Both the position numbers and the translations under genes were made by a program. Source: Candidatus Latescibacterota bacterium (GTDB taxonomy: Bacteria; Latescibacterota; UBA2968; GCA-2709665). From it: a DNA stretch of 64,000 nt. Positions 7,062-17,486 of this stretch are shown here, one piece after another; position 1 is the stretch's first letter, and each line of letters starts with the position of its first letter. The DNA is taken from positions 5,248,001 through 5,312,000 of the forward strand of contig OZ252100.1 of the NCBI GenBank assembly GCA_965248435.1. Reading direction: 5' to 3'. Under the pieces are notes generated by a model, which searched no databases, was not told where the DNA came from, and was given only the letters and a program-made list of their open reading frames with translations.

Positions 7062-9563
7062 TTAGTTGTCCGAAGTGAAATGACGTTCTTCAACGTTTTG
7101 CGGCTTGGCAGGCGTTGAGGAAAAATACTCCTCGACCGTAAAACTATCCACCTGGATCGCATCATTGCGCGCTGCTTCCGCTTCTTCAATCAACCGCGAT
7201 TCTTCGGCGCCGATAATCCCTGACTCGAGAGCGACCGAGACGAGCTCTCGCGGTCTGCCCTTGGGCAATTTTTGAGCCCGAACCGCGTCTCGAATCTTGC
7301 GGTCGACGGCCGCGGCGTCGTAAGAGATCTTGAAGGCACGCTCCAGCCTCCCGAGTGCCTCGTTGGGGTCGTCGGGCACGTAGATTCCCTCAGTCAAACG
7401 ATCGCGCTGGGGACCGGGGGTCTGAATGATACGAGCAACTTGAGCGCCCAGTTCATCAGACGGCATCGTTTCGATGCGATTTATGCGTGACCAGAGGGCG
7501 ATCGGCCCTCGAACGAGCAGACCCAACCCGGGGACTTTGAGGTTCTTCAAAAGTGAGTCGAAACTGTGCTGAAGTTGTGCAAGTATGAACTGCATGGACC
7601 AATGCAGAAGGGGCAGGTCGTCGGTCCGGCGTCCCTCGGCCTCAAACCGACGGAGGGTAGCGGTTCCCAAGTACATACAGGAAAAGAGATCGGCGAAACG
7701 ACCCGTAATTTTTTCTCTCCGCTTCAATTCGCCACCCAACGCAACCATCGTAAGATCGGCTAGGATGGCGAAGGTGGCTGACGCCCACGCCAGTTTTCGG
7801 TAGTAGCGTGCCGCAGGACCGCTCACTGGCGAAATGGCCAGGTGTCCCTGAGATATGCTTAAGAAAATCGAGCGAAAGAGGTTGCGTACGATGTGACGGA
7901 TGTGTCTCCAGAGTGCAAGGTCGAACGCCTCCGTATTGCCAGATTTGAGCGCCTTGATTTCTGCAGCCGCGTACGGGTGACAACGAATTGCACCTTGCCC
8001 GAAGATCATGAGGGTACGCGTCAGGATGTTGGCCCCTTCCACGGCAATCGTGATAGGCGTCCAGCTGTAGATGTGGGCCAGGAGGTTCCGGGGACCTCGA
8101 GCAATCGCGTTCCCGGCGAAAATGTCCATGCCGTCGTTAATGGCCTTGCGGTGAAGTTCTGTAAGGTTGTATTTGACGATGGCCGTCGCGACGGCAGGCC
8201 TTGCGCCCTGATCCAGTGCGCCACAGGTGTAGCGACGGGTCGCTTCCATCAGGTAGGCGAATGCGCCGATGCGGGCCAACGGTTCCTCGATTCCTTCGAA
8301 CTGGCCGATGGATAGGCCGAACTGTCTTCGGACGGTCGCATAGGCACCGGCAGCCCGTGCCACGAACTTGGTCCCTGCAAGGGCCATTGCCGGGAGTGAG
8401 ATGCCGCGTCCTGCTGCCAGAGACTCCATCAACATCCGCCAACCCTGTCCCACTCCCTCGACACCTCCGATGATAGAATCGATAGGCACAATCACGTCGT
8501 GCCCCTCGACGGGACTATTGTAAAATGGGACACCCATCTGGTCGTGCCGCCTGTTGATCACGACACCCGGTGTCCTGGTTGGGATCAAGGCACACGTAAT
8601 CCCTGGATTCTCAGATTTGCCGAGCAGATTGTCCGGATCCTTGAGCTTGAACGCCAGACCCACGACGGTCGAAACCATCGCCAGGGTGATATACCGTTTT
8701 TCCCAGTTCAGTTTCAGATATAGCTGGCCGTCCTCTCCCTTGAAGACGAGACCGTTTGCCTGAATGCTGCCTGCGTCTGAGCCCGCCGTAGGCTCGGTAA
8801 GGGCAAAGCAGGGCACTTCCTCCCCACAAGCCAGGCGCGGCAAATAATATTTCTTCTGCTCCTCCGTTCCGTAATGAATCAACAGTTCGGCAGGCCCCAG
8901 GGAGTTCGGTACCATCACTGTGAGCCCCAAGGTCAAGGACCTTGAAATCAACTTTCCAACGACCGCACTGTTGGCTGAGGCGGAGAACTCAAGGCCACCG
9001 TAGGCCTTCGGGATGATCATACCGAAGAATCGGTTTTCTTTGATGTAGTTCCAGGCCTCTTCGGGGATATCCTTATTTACGTGTACTTCCCAGTCGTTGG
9101 CCATGCGGCAGACTTCGTTAACAGGCCCGTCCAGAAATGCCCGTTCCTCCTCGGTCAGGTCGGGATAGGGTTGTGCATTCAGACGCTTGAAATCAGGTTT
9201 TCCTGAAAACAGCTCGCCTTCTATCCATACATCGCCCGCATCCAGTACGGCTTGCTCGGTTTCTGAAATGACGGGCAGGATATTCACCCTTTGCAGGACG
9301 GACATGATCGGCGCTGACAGCAACACTCGGCGAAGCGGACGAAGGTTAAGAACCAGCGCCAGCACGACATAGACGAGTCCAAGCCAGGGGGGTGCTCCAA
9401 GAACCCACAAAGCTGCGCCCCAAGAAACCGTCCACAGCCAGAGAGGCGCACCTGCGAAACCCAGGATACAGACCACGACGAAGATTCCGACAACGCCGCC
9501 TGGAAGGAGGGACGCGTCAAGCAGCGCGCCGTATGTAGATTCTAGTAAATTCATAGCGAACAC
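7062..9563 (-). CDS. fadE: Acyl-CoA dehydrogenase (FadE type)
   Basis: N-terminal TM segment, VMVPNSLGPAELL, CFALTEPTAGSDAG, VRRQFG, EGANILTR and a FadE C-terminal domain. Confidence 0.93.
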   Translation of the reverse strand: MFAMNLLESTYGALLDASLLPGGVVGIFVVVCILGFAGAPLWLWTVSWGAALWVLGAPPWLGLVYVVLALVLNLRPLRRVLLSAPIMSVLQRVNILPVISETEQAVLDAGDVWIEGELFSGKPDFKRLNAQPYPDLTEEERAFLDGPVNEVCRMANDWEVHVNKDIPEEAWNYIKENRFFGMIIPKAYGGLEFSASANSAVVGKLISRSLTLGLTVMVPNSLGPAELLIHYGTEEQKKYYLPRLACGEEVPCFALTEPTAGSDAGSIQANGLVFKGEDGQLYLKLNWEKRYITLAMVSTVVGLAFKLKDPDNLLGKSENPGITCALIPTRTPGVVINRRHDQMGVPFYNSPVEGHDVIVPIDSIIGGVEGVGQGWRMLMESLAAGRGISLPAMALAGTKFVARAAGAYATVRRQFGLSIGQFEGIEEPLARIGAFAYLMEATRRYTCGALDQGARPAVATAIVKYNLTELHRKAINDGMDIFAGNAIARGPRNLLAHIYSWTPITIAVEGANILTRTLMIFGQGAIRCHPYAAAEIKALKSGNTEAFDLALWRHIRHIVRNLFRSIFLSISQGHLAISPVSGPAARYYRKLAWASATFAILADLTMVALGGELKRREKITGRFADLFSCMYLGTATLRRFEAEGRRTDDLPLLHWSMQFILAQLQHSFDSLLKNLKVPGLGLLVRGPIALWSRINRIETMPSDELGAQVARIIQTPGPQRDRLTEGIYVPDDPNEALGRLERAFKISYDAAAVDRKIRDAVRAQKLPKGRPRELVSVALESGIIGAEESRLIEEAEAARNDAIQVDSFTVEEYFSSTPAKPQNVEERHFTSDN

Positions 9564-9564
9564 C

Positions 9565-10755
9565 TTACGAGGACGGTCGTTCCACGATGAGCGCGCAGGC
9601 TTCTCCTCCTCCGATACAGATCGAGGCCAGTCCTCTCCTCTTGCCGTAACGCGCTAAGGCGTGTAGCAATGTAACTAAGATCCGAGCCCCGCTCGCACCA
9701 ATGGGATGCCCGAGCGCCACGGCGCCGCCGTGAACGTTAACCTTGTCCATGTCTATGTGTAACTCCTGGCCGACCGCCAGGTTCACGACCGCAAAGGCTT
9801 CGTTGATCTCGAAGAGGTCGATATCCTCAAGGGACAGCGAGGCCCTCCTGAGGATGCGGGGGATCACTTTGGCGGGCGCCATGGTGAACCATTCCGGCTC
9901 CCTGGCCGCAGAGGCCTGAGCTGCGATCCGCGCAAGCGGTTCGATGCCGAGTTCGTGAGCGCGCTGGACGGACATAACCACACACGCGGCCGCCCCGTCG
10001 CTGATGGGGGATGCACTCGCAACCGTCACGGTGCCCTGTTCCTGAAATACCGGTTTCAGACGCGGGATTTTGTCAAAGTCGGCGCGCCCGGGTTCTTCAT
10101 CGCCTGAAACCGCTTGCTCACCACGTCTCTCTTTGACCACAACAGAGACGATTTCATCGTCGAAGAAGCCCCTCTCCTGTGCGGCCTGTGCTTTTTTGTA
10201 GGACTGGATCGTGAACTCATCCTGGGCCTTCCGCGAGACACGACATTCCCTGGCGCAGAGTTCCGCGGCCTCTCCCATGTGGAAATCGTTATAGGGGTCC
10301 CACAAACCATCTTTGAGAAGGCTGTCTATCATCGAACCGTGGCCAAGTCGATAACCTAACCGTGCGTTATCGAGCAAGTAGGGGGCATTCGACATGCTTT
10401 CCATGCCCCCAGCGACGACAACATTTGCGTCACCCAGCTGGATGGCCTGTGCGGCCTGCATTACCGCTTTCATGCCGGATCCACAGACCTTGTTGATCGT
10501 CGTACAGGGAACGGAGTCTGGAATGCCCGCGGAAAGGGCGGCCTGGCGGGCGGGAGCCTGCCCTGCACCTGCGGTCACAACCTGGCCCATAATCACTTCG
10601 CTTACATCATTTCCCTTTAGTCCAGCGCGAGAAAGCGCTTCACGAATCGCGACGGCCCCCAGTTCGGGTCCGCTCAAACTGGAGAGGGACCCGTTGAAGG
10701 ACCCGATGGGGGTACGACAGGCGCTCGCGATGATCACTCCAACTTCAGTCACCAT
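9565..10755 (-). CDS. atoB: Acetyl-CoA C-acetyltransferase (canonical thiolase)
   Basis: NKVCGSG, EINEAFA, GHPIGASG and CIGGG motifs. Confidence 0.93.
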   Translation of the reverse strand: MVTEVGVIIASACRTPIGSFNGSLSSLSGPELGAVAIREALSRAGLKGNDVSEVIMGQVVTAGAGQAPARQAALSAGIPDSVPCTTINKVCGSGMKAVMQAAQAIQLGDANVVVAGGMESMSNAPYLLDNARLGYRLGHGSMIDSLLKDGLWDPYNDFHMGEAAELCARECRVSRKAQDEFTIQSYKKAQAAQERGFFDDEIVSVVVKERRGEQAVSGDEEPGRADFDKIPRLKPVFQEQGTVTVASASPISDGAAACVVMSVQRAHELGIEPLARIAAQASAAREPEWFTMAPAKVIPRILRRASLSLEDIDLFEINEAFAVVNLAVGQELHIDMDKVNVHGGAVALGHPIGASGARILVTLLHALARYGKRRGLASICIGGGEACALIVERPSS

Positions 10756-10809
10756 ACAAGACTACTCCGGAGACTCGGTTGATCTAGAATGTTGACTTCG
10801 TGCTACAGG

Positions 10810-10826
10810 AGCCAAAACCGTGCCGA
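10810..10826 (-). promoter_or_regulatory. Putative sigma54 -24/-12 promoter for thiolase-fadE
   Basis: cGGCACGgtttTGGCt (GG-N10-GC), ~55 bp upstream of the ATG. Confidence 0.5.
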
Positions 10827-11025
10827 ATGCCAAGCTTGTTCCATATCATCTAAAATTACAAGAAGATATGGCCGAAAGGCGCCATCCCGATCGGGGCTAT
10901 TCAGCAGGGAACTGTCAAGATATCGTTACCTGTCCGCAGGAGGCTGCTAAAAAAATGAACAGGCTCAGTTCGCAACCCGGCGCCTTTTGATTCATCGAAC
11001 CTCCACGAGGGCAGCACGCGAAGGC

Positions 11026-11652
11026 TCAATGCGCCCGCTGCATTGGACTTTCACCCTTCGCGGGTCGATGGACATTGACCAAACACGCGAGCATACGTGC
11101 CGGTTGAAAGCCCAAGGCCCTCACAGTATGAGGGAGACGGGAATCGAAGTAAATGGAATCCCCGCTGGCGAGGCGATACGTATCCTGATCGATGGTCATC
11201 TCCACTTCCCCCGAGAGGATAAAGTGGAATTCCTCTCCTTCGTGAGACAGTGGTTTAACGTCCTTTTGCTCACTTGGAGGGATTTCAACGTGGAAGGGGG
11301 ACATCACCTTGTCAGTCAGCCGGTAAGCAAGCGCCTCATAGCTGTAGTTCAACGCTGCGGCGGTGTCGGTCTGCGGGTCAACCTTCCACCGTTCCGTGGA
11401 CCGCACGATCTCCACCCTGGCGGTCGGCGGCCCAGACATGAAGAAGTGATTCAAACTCACGCCGAAGAGCTGTCCGAGGTTCATCAACTCTCCAACGGCC
11501 GGCAGCGCATTGCCCGCTTCATATTCTTGGAGCTGATCCTCGGAAAGGCCGCTGGACTCTGCCGCTTCTTCGAGCGTAAGCCCGCTATGATTTCGGAGAT
11601 CGACAAGCTTTTCACTGAGCTGCTGTTTGAACGTTGCCTCGTCCATGTTCAA
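11026..11652 (-). CDS. XRE HTH + cupin transcriptional regulator
   Basis: N-terminal HTH, HEGEEFHFILSG and GDSIYFDSRLPH cupin motifs. Confidence 0.9.
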   Translation of the reverse strand: MNMDEATFKQQLSEKLVDLRNHSGLTLEEAAESSGLSEDQLQEYEAGNALPAVGELMNLGQLFGVSLNHFFMSGPPTARVEIVRSTERWKVDPQTDTAAALNYSYEALAYRLTDKVMSPFHVEIPPSEQKDVKPLSHEGEEFHFILSGEVEMTIDQDTYRLASGDSIYFDSRLPHTVRALGFQPARMLACLVNVHRPAKGESPMQRAH

Positions 11653-12968
11653 TCACCTTTTTGGAATTCTTCGAAATCAGCTCGCTGCAAGATTTCTCTC
11701 ACGTCCTGAATAAACTGTGCCCCCTCGAAGCCGTCCACGATGCGATGATCCAAACTCAACGATAAGTTCATGATTTCCCTGGGCTGGACAGATCCGTCCA
11801 CATATCGTGGAAGTGTACGAATAGCGTGTACTCCCATAATCGCAGATGCAGGGTAGTTGATAATGGGCGTTGCCATCACGCCACCCAGCTTACCCAGAGA
11901 CGTTATCGTGAATGTGCTCCCCCTCAATTCAGATAGATTGAGCTTCTTTTTCCGAGCTTTCTCGGAAAGTTCGCGGACTTTTATTGCGAGGTTTGCAACA
12001 TCCAACTTGCCGGCATTACGGATGACGGGGACCATCAGACCTTCCTCCGTCGCCACAGCGATTCCGAGATGAATCGCGGCTTTGAAGATGATTTCTCCTG
12101 TCTGTTCATCTACACAGGCGTTCAACTGAGGATAGTCAGGCAGGACGGTGAGTGCTGCACGGGCAATAAAGGCCAGTGGAGATGGGGCCGAGTCTGTTGG
12201 CAAGTTCCTGCGAACGGATTCAAGAGATGTTACGTCGACTTCCTCAACATACGTATAGTGTGGAATTAGCGTTTTGGATCGCATCACACGATCGGCGATC
12301 GAACGTCGAACGCCACGAAGCAGCTGCCGCTCCCAGTCAGGCTCGTCTTCTTGCGCCAACTCTGATACGGGCGGATGCGTTGGTGGAGCAACGCTCCGCT
12401 CTGCGGCCTTCTGAAATGCCTCCACATCTCGACGCATCACCCTTCCATCCGGGCCTGTTCCAGGTACCTGCTCGATGTCGATGTTCAACTGTTTAGCCAA
12501 TTCTCTGACTGCGGGCACTGCGTCGGCCCGCTTCTCGCGGCCCCTGCTCGGTATCGGGAGATGGGCCTGGGGACGTGGGGGCATGTGCGGAGGATGATTG
12601 GTGGTGCCCCTGCTTCCCGTCGGAGGAGGATTCTCAGCCTCTGGTTTGGGCGGTGCCTCCTTTGCTTTAACGGCCTCTTGGAGCGGCCCTTTGACGTCAG
12701 CATCCCGGGTTCCACCGGGTGCGACATCAGCGTCGGCATCGTCTATCTCTATCAGCACCGCTCCGACGGATGCGATGGCCCCCTCATCCACCACGAGTCG
12801 GTGAACCCGCCCAGTCCTGGGTGACGGGATCTCGACCAGGGCCTTGTCCGTCATCACTTTTGCGATGATCTGATCTTCCTGGACGGACTTCCCCTCTTCC
12901 ACCAGCCATTCGACCAGTTCTGCCTCTGCTATCCCCTCACCCAGGTCCGGCAGTACAAACCGGTACAT
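11649..12968 (-). CDS. 2-oxo-acid dehydrogenase E2 (dihydrolipoamide acyltransferase)
   Basis: PDLGEG, lipoyl TDKA, E3-binding GTGPDGRV and DHRIVDG; likely start is ATG 12968. Confidence 0.93.
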   Translation of the reverse strand: MYRFVLPDLGEGIAEAELVEWLVEEGKSVQEDQIIAKVMTDKALVEIPSPRTGRVHRLVVDEGAIASVGAVLIEIDDADADVAPGGTRDADVKGPLQEAVKAKEAPPKPEAENPPPTGSRGTTNHPPHMPPRPQAHLPIPSRGREKRADAVPAVRELAKQLNIDIEQVPGTGPDGRVMRRDVEAFQKAAERSVAPPTHPPVSELAQEDEPDWERQLLRGVRRSIADRVMRSKTLIPHYTYVEEVDVTSLESVRRNLPTDSAPSPLAFIARAALTVLPDYPQLNACVDEQTGEIIFKAAIHLGIAVATEEGLMVPVIRNAGKLDVANLAIKVRELSEKARKKKLNLSELRGSTFTITSLGKLGGVMATPIINYPASAIMGVHAIRTLPRYVDGSVQPREIMNLSLSLDHRIVDGFEGAQFIQDVREILQRADFEEFQKGD

Positions 12969-12985
12969 CAGCGTTCCCTCCACAT

Positions 12986-13969
12986 TCAGAACTCTATCGT
13001 CTTCCTCAAGATTTCCAGAACACGCTCCTTATTCGGGAGGTAGTGGTCCTCCAGAGCATAGGGAAACGGCGTATCGAAGCCTGTGACCCGTTGCAGTGGC
13101 GATTGCAGCTTGGAAAAGGCCTTTTGCTGCACCTCGGCAAGGAGTTCGGCGGCAAAGCCGCACGTGCGCGGTGCCTCCTGAATCACAACCAACCTTCCGG
13201 TCTTTTCCACGGAAGTCAATACGGTTTTGAGATCGTAGGGCAAGATGCTGAGCAGATCGATCACTTCGATATCATAGCCCTCGCCCTCGGCCAACAGAAC
13301 AGCATCACGGGCCACATCCATCATGGCTCCATACGCCAACAGCGTAAGGTCACGCCCCTCTCGAACAACTGTGGCCTTTTCCATAGGGATCGTATAATAC
13401 TCCATCGGGACCTGGGCCTTTACGGAGCGGTATATCCTCTTGGGCTCCAGAAAGACGACCGGATCGGGGCACTCGAGTGCGCCCAACAACAGGCCTTTGG
13501 CCTCGTACGGGCCCGAGGGGATGACGACCCGCAACCCGGGCGTGTGCGCAAAATAGGCTTCCGGGCTCTGTGAATGGTAATGGCCGCCTCGAATGCCACC
13601 GCCGTAGGGCATCCGGATGAGCATCTTGATTCCATACTGTCCCCCAGAGCGATAACGATACTTGGCAGCTTCGCTGACAATTTGATCAAAGGCCGGGAAA
13701 ACAAAATCTGCAAACTGAATCTCTACGATCGGCTGGAGACCGCCCAACGCCATGCCGATCGCAGCACCCACGATTCCGGCTTCCGCCAAAGGGGTATCGA
13801 AAACCCTCTCTGCGCCGAATTTTTGTTGCAATCCCTCAGTCACGCGAAACACGCCGCCAAACCCCCCAACGTCCTCTCCCAGAATCACCGCGTTTTCCTC
13901 GCGCTGCATGTGCAGCTCCAGTGCGTCGTTAAGCGCCTGGATCATGTTCATTTCAACCAGCTCTGGCAA
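12986..13969 (-). CDS. 2-oxo-acid (branched-chain) dehydrogenase E1 beta
   Basis: GEDVGGFGGVFRVT, DTPLAE, EIQFADF and HSQSPE motifs. Confidence 0.93.
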   Translation of the reverse strand: MPELVEMNMIQALNDALELHMQREENAVILGEDVGGFGGVFRVTEGLQQKFGAERVFDTPLAEAGIVGAAIGMALGGLQPIVEIQFADFVFPAFDQIVSEAAKYRYRSGGQYGIKMLIRMPYGGGIRGGHYHSQSPEAYFAHTPGLRVVIPSGPYEAKGLLLGALECPDPVVFLEPKRIYRSVKAQVPMEYYTIPMEKATVVREGRDLTLLAYGAMMDVARDAVLLAEGEGYDIEVIDLLSILPYDLKTVLTSVEKTGRLVVIQEAPRTCGFAAELLAEVQQKAFSKLQSPLQRVTGFDTPFPYALEDHYLPNKERVLEILRKTIEF

Positions 13970-13978
13970 GGGTGGATC

Positions 13979-15067
13979 CTATTGTGTTTTGCGACCGAGG
14001 AATTCTAAATATTCTTCTTTCTGACTGCGCAACGCCTCTGGCATCCGATCGTAGACATCATCGAAGAGGGATTCTATCTGAGGGGGTGGCAGGCGTTCAC
14101 AGTCCTCTATCGCGTTCGAAACGGCTTTTTCTGCGTCTGCCCATACCTCCTTTTCCATCTTATCCTCCCATATCCCCCGCCACGTTGCGTGAATCCGCAG
14201 GCGGGCCAAGGCGTCGACTTTCTCCCACTCCTGCGTCTCCTCTTCTGAACGGTATCGGGTCGGATCATCCGAAGATGAGTGTGCGCCCATACGGTAGGTG
14301 AGGGCCTCGATCAGCGTTGGCCCTCGCCCGTTTCGGGCACGTTCTGCAGCCTCCTTCACAGCCTGAACGACCGCGATCAGGTCGTTCCCGTCTACCTGTA
14401 AGCCGAAGATTCCGTAGCCCTCCGCCCGGACTGCCAGGCTGCTGGCCCTGGTCTGGAGTGATTCGGGAGTTGAGATCGCGTAGCCGTTGTTTCTGATCAC
14501 AAAGATTGTTTGGGCGTTCAGTACGCCGCTGAAATTCAGCGCCGTGTGGAAATCTCCCTGGGAGGCCGTGCCTTCTCCCAGAAAAGCCAACGCCACATTC
14601 TCCGTCTGGCGGAATCTGGCCGCGTAACCAAAACCGCAAGCGTGTGGCAGCTGTGTGCCCACGGGACTGCTCACGGAAGGGATATGGTAGTCGCGAAAGC
14701 AATAATGGACGGGCATCTGCCGACCTTTGTTGACATCTTCTGCATTGCCTATCATCTGATTCATAATCGCATCAAGGGGCACTTTCCTCCACAGCAGTGA
14801 GCCGAGTTCCCGATATGTCATGAAAATCGGGTCGTCTTCCCGCAAGGCGTAGGCAGATCCCACAGTAACTGCCTCCTCGCCCGAACTCGTCATGTAGAAG
14901 CCCAAACGCCCTTGGCGCTGAAGAATCATCAAACGACGATCCATCACTCGGTTGAGCAGGACGATCCGAAGAATGGCCAGCAGGTCGTCGTCCGGAATCA
15001 GGCCGAGATATTCCTCTGGACAACTCCCATCCTCGTTGAGTATCGAGCGCCTGCTTTCAGTCATCAT
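13979..15067 (-). CDS. 2-oxo-acid (branched-chain) dehydrogenase E1 alpha
   Basis: QRQGRLGFY, KGRQMPVHY, GEGTASQGDFH, NNGYAIS and HSSSDDP motifs. Confidence 0.93.
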   Translation of the reverse strand: MMTESRRSILNEDGSCPEEYLGLIPDDDLLAILRIVLLNRVMDRRLMILQRQGRLGFYMTSSGEEAVTVGSAYALREDDPIFMTYRELGSLLWRKVPLDAIMNQMIGNAEDVNKGRQMPVHYCFRDYHIPSVSSPVGTQLPHACGFGYAARFRQTENVALAFLGEGTASQGDFHTALNFSGVLNAQTIFVIRNNGYAISTPESLQTRASSLAVRAEGYGIFGLQVDGNDLIAVVQAVKEAAERARNGRGPTLIEALTYRMGAHSSSDDPTRYRSEEETQEWEKVDALARLRIHATWRGIWEDKMEKEVWADAEKAVSNAIEDCERLPPPQIESLFDDVYDRMPEALRSQKEEYLEFLGRKTQ

Positions 15068-15338
15068 GGCTTCTCAGAGGAAATTCCTTCTTTGTTGACT
15101 GGCCGGAAGTGGGCTGCTGAGCTATATTTAAAGATAATACATTTGGGTCCACTCCTCAATCGATCAACTCGATTCCATCCATTCTGGATTCTTGTCAAAA
15201 GCGACTCCAGATGGATGGATTCAGCTCCGTGAGTTTAAGGGGCCGGGTGATTTGACTCTTGGCGACCCAAATCTCTATCTTCATCGAAATTGGATGAAGG
15301 TTGACCCGGGCCGTATTCACGAAATGCGGATCTTGAAA

Positions 15339-17330
15339 ATGGACGAGATGGATGCAAAACTGAATTCCTGGTTTCTGGGCCCGAAGGCCGAGAACGCCGA
15401 CATCCTTGAGCGTCTTGTCCTTGAGGCACTCAGGGACTGCGTATTTTGGAGACGGAACTTCCATCCGGAGGATGAATTTCTCGTCCCCGAAAGCGTAAAG
15501 AGAGAAAAAGCGTTCCAGGATTCAGTTGGCCAGATGACGCAGCATTTTCAGAACCTTCTCGCCGACCTGAAGAGGGGGATTCCTTTTTATAGTCCAAGGT
15601 ATATCGGCCATATGTTGGGAGACCAACTACTTCCCGCGGTCCTTGGCTATTTTGCGGCGATGCTTCACAATCCGAACAACGTGAGCCATGAAGGATCGCC
15701 AATGACGTCCAGGTATGAGATAGAGGTCGGGCGACAACTGGCAAGGCTGATGGGCTACGGTGGTGACGCCTGGGGTCACATCACTTCTGGCGGAACGATC
15801 GCAAACTTCGAGGCCCTTTGGGTCGCCAGGAACCTGAAGTACTTACCTTTGGCGGCAAATAAGGTTGCTGAGGACCTTAGACTTGACATAGAAATAAGGA
15901 CCCCAGGTGGAGATACTGGAGATCTCGCTTCTGTGAAAGATGCGTGGGTGCTTTTGAACCTTGATCCTGATGAGGTTCTGGAGATTCTTCCGAGACTGCG
16001 TTCGGCCTATGCGAACAAAAGTCAGGGTTTGACTGAAAGTCAAACAAATAAAGAGATCGAAGTGCGGATGGCCAGGCATTCTATATCCGGCTTGGGGATA
16101 CATCGGTTTTTTTCTGAATCAGGATTCAAGCCTTTGAACCCTGGATTGATACTCATGCCTGCGACGGCGCATTACTCACTGAAAAAGGTTGTTGAGGCAC
16201 TTGGCATGGGCCGGGGACAAATCGAACTCATCCCGATCGACAGTCACTTCAGGATGGACATTGGCTCTTTAAGGGAAAGATTGCGGGATTGCCTGGATTT
16301 GAAGAGACCTGTCATTGCACTGACGTCGGTTGTAGGATCTACAGAGGAAGGGGCAGTAGACCAGATTCATGAAGTTTCTGAAATTCAGGAGGAGTTCAGG
16401 CGCGAAGGACTCAGTTTCTATCACCACTGCGACGCAGCGTGGGGGGGCTATGCAAGAACACTTTTCTGCGAAGAGGATGGAACTCCAGTGAGGCTTGCCG
16501 GAGACATCATGAAATTTATTCGGATCTGGCCCTCTGACGAAATCTTCAAGAGTTTTAGCGCCATTCACACTTCAGACTCTGTAACCATAGACCCCCATAA
16601 ACTTGGATACATACCGTATCCCTGCGGCACCATCGTGTTTCGGAACGATAAAGTAAAAGACCTGATTTCCTTCGACGCTCCCTATATCTTCTCGGACAGC
16701 GGGAACGAAGAGAGCTCGTTTATCGGGCGACATATCTTGGAAGGTTCAAAGCCAGGGGCTGCCGCGGCTGCGTGCTGGCTGGCTCATAAAGTTGTGCCTC
16801 TGGATCAGAGCGGATACGGACAGCTTATCGGAAAGAGCATACAGGGCGCACAGGAGCTGTATTTAAAGTGCGAGAAAGACCTGTCTCTGGAGTTGGCAAG
16901 CTCTGGAATTAAGCTGAGGGTGCTCACCGATCCTCCCGACATTAACCTGATCTGTTTCATCGTAAACACAGACGGGAACTCGTCATTGTCGAGAATGAAT
17001 GAGCTGAATAAAGCCATTTGCGACGAGCTGAAGTTCGATCCAGCTGAAATCACAAAACGGCCCGAATTCATGATTTCGAGTACCGAGTTCATCTACGATC
17101 AATACGGTCTGGAGGGTTTCGACGGAAAGAATAGTATGGACGAACATTTGCAGGTACTCGGAATCTCCTCTAGAGAGTTTGGATCCGTTGGGAGGGTCAG
17201 CGTATTGCGATGCACTATCATAAATCCATGGTTCGCCCTGTCTCGAGGAGGGAAACCCGATTATATAGAAGCGTTTGCAACTACGCTGAAGGCGACGATA
17301 GATCGGGTGGTTTCAAACCTCTCCCCCTAA
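15339..17330 (+). CDS. Group II PLP-dependent amino-acid decarboxylase (tyrosine decarboxylase-like)
   Basis: FLGPKAEN, SPRYIGHM, GHITSGGTIAN, HCDAAWGGY, SVTIDPHKLGYIPY (PLP Lys) and LEGSKPGA; start uncertain (15324-15348). Confidence 0.85.
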   Translation: MDEMDAKLNSWFLGPKAENADILERLVLEALRDCVFWRRNFHPEDEFLVPESVKREKAFQDSVGQMTQHFQNLLADLKRGIPFYSPRYIGHMLGDQLLPAVLGYFAAMLHNPNNVSHEGSPMTSRYEIEVGRQLARLMGYGGDAWGHITSGGTIANFEALWVARNLKYLPLAANKVAEDLRLDIEIRTPGGDTGDLASVKDAWVLLNLDPDEVLEILPRLRSAYANKSQGLTESQTNKEIEVRMARHSISGLGIHRFFSESGFKPLNPGLILMPATAHYSLKKVVEALGMGRGQIELIPIDSHFRMDIGSLRERLRDCLDLKRPVIALTSVVGSTEEGAVDQIHEVSEIQEEFRREGLSFYHHCDAAWGGYARTLFCEEDGTPVRLAGDIMKFIRIWPSDEIFKSFSAIHTSDSVTIDPHKLGYIPYPCGTIVFRNDKVKDLISFDAPYIFSDSGNEESSFIGRHILEGSKPGAAAAACWLAHKVVPLDQSGYGQLIGKSIQGAQELYLKCEKDLSLELASSGIKLRVLTDPPDINLICFIVNTDGNSSLSRMNELNKAICDELKFDPAEITKRPEFMISSTEFIYDQYGLEGFDGKNSMDEHLQVLGISSREFGSVGRVSVLRCTIINPWFALSRGGKPDYIEAFATTLKATIDRVVSNLSP

Positions 17331-17348
17331 TTCAGAATCTCGATTCTC

Positions 17349-17437
17349 TTGACAACGGCAGCCCCAACGTGCATATTTGATTCAGGGTCGTACTGGCGGA
17401 GATAAGATCTTCGACCGTACGGCTTTTTGTTTTTTTG
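17349..17437 (+). promoter_or_regulatory. Sigma70 promoter immediately followed by a terminator-like hairpin
   Basis: TTGACA-17-CATATT, then a gtcgtac...gtacggc hairpin and a long U-tract. Confidence 0.5.
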
Positions 17438-17486
17438 TGAACGCCAGGTTTCCAATTTCTGCAAGAAGAAACTTTAGGATTGGATC

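Noticed and set aside
11649-15067. BCKDH cluster lacking E3
   Set aside because: E3 is commonly shared and encoded elsewhere
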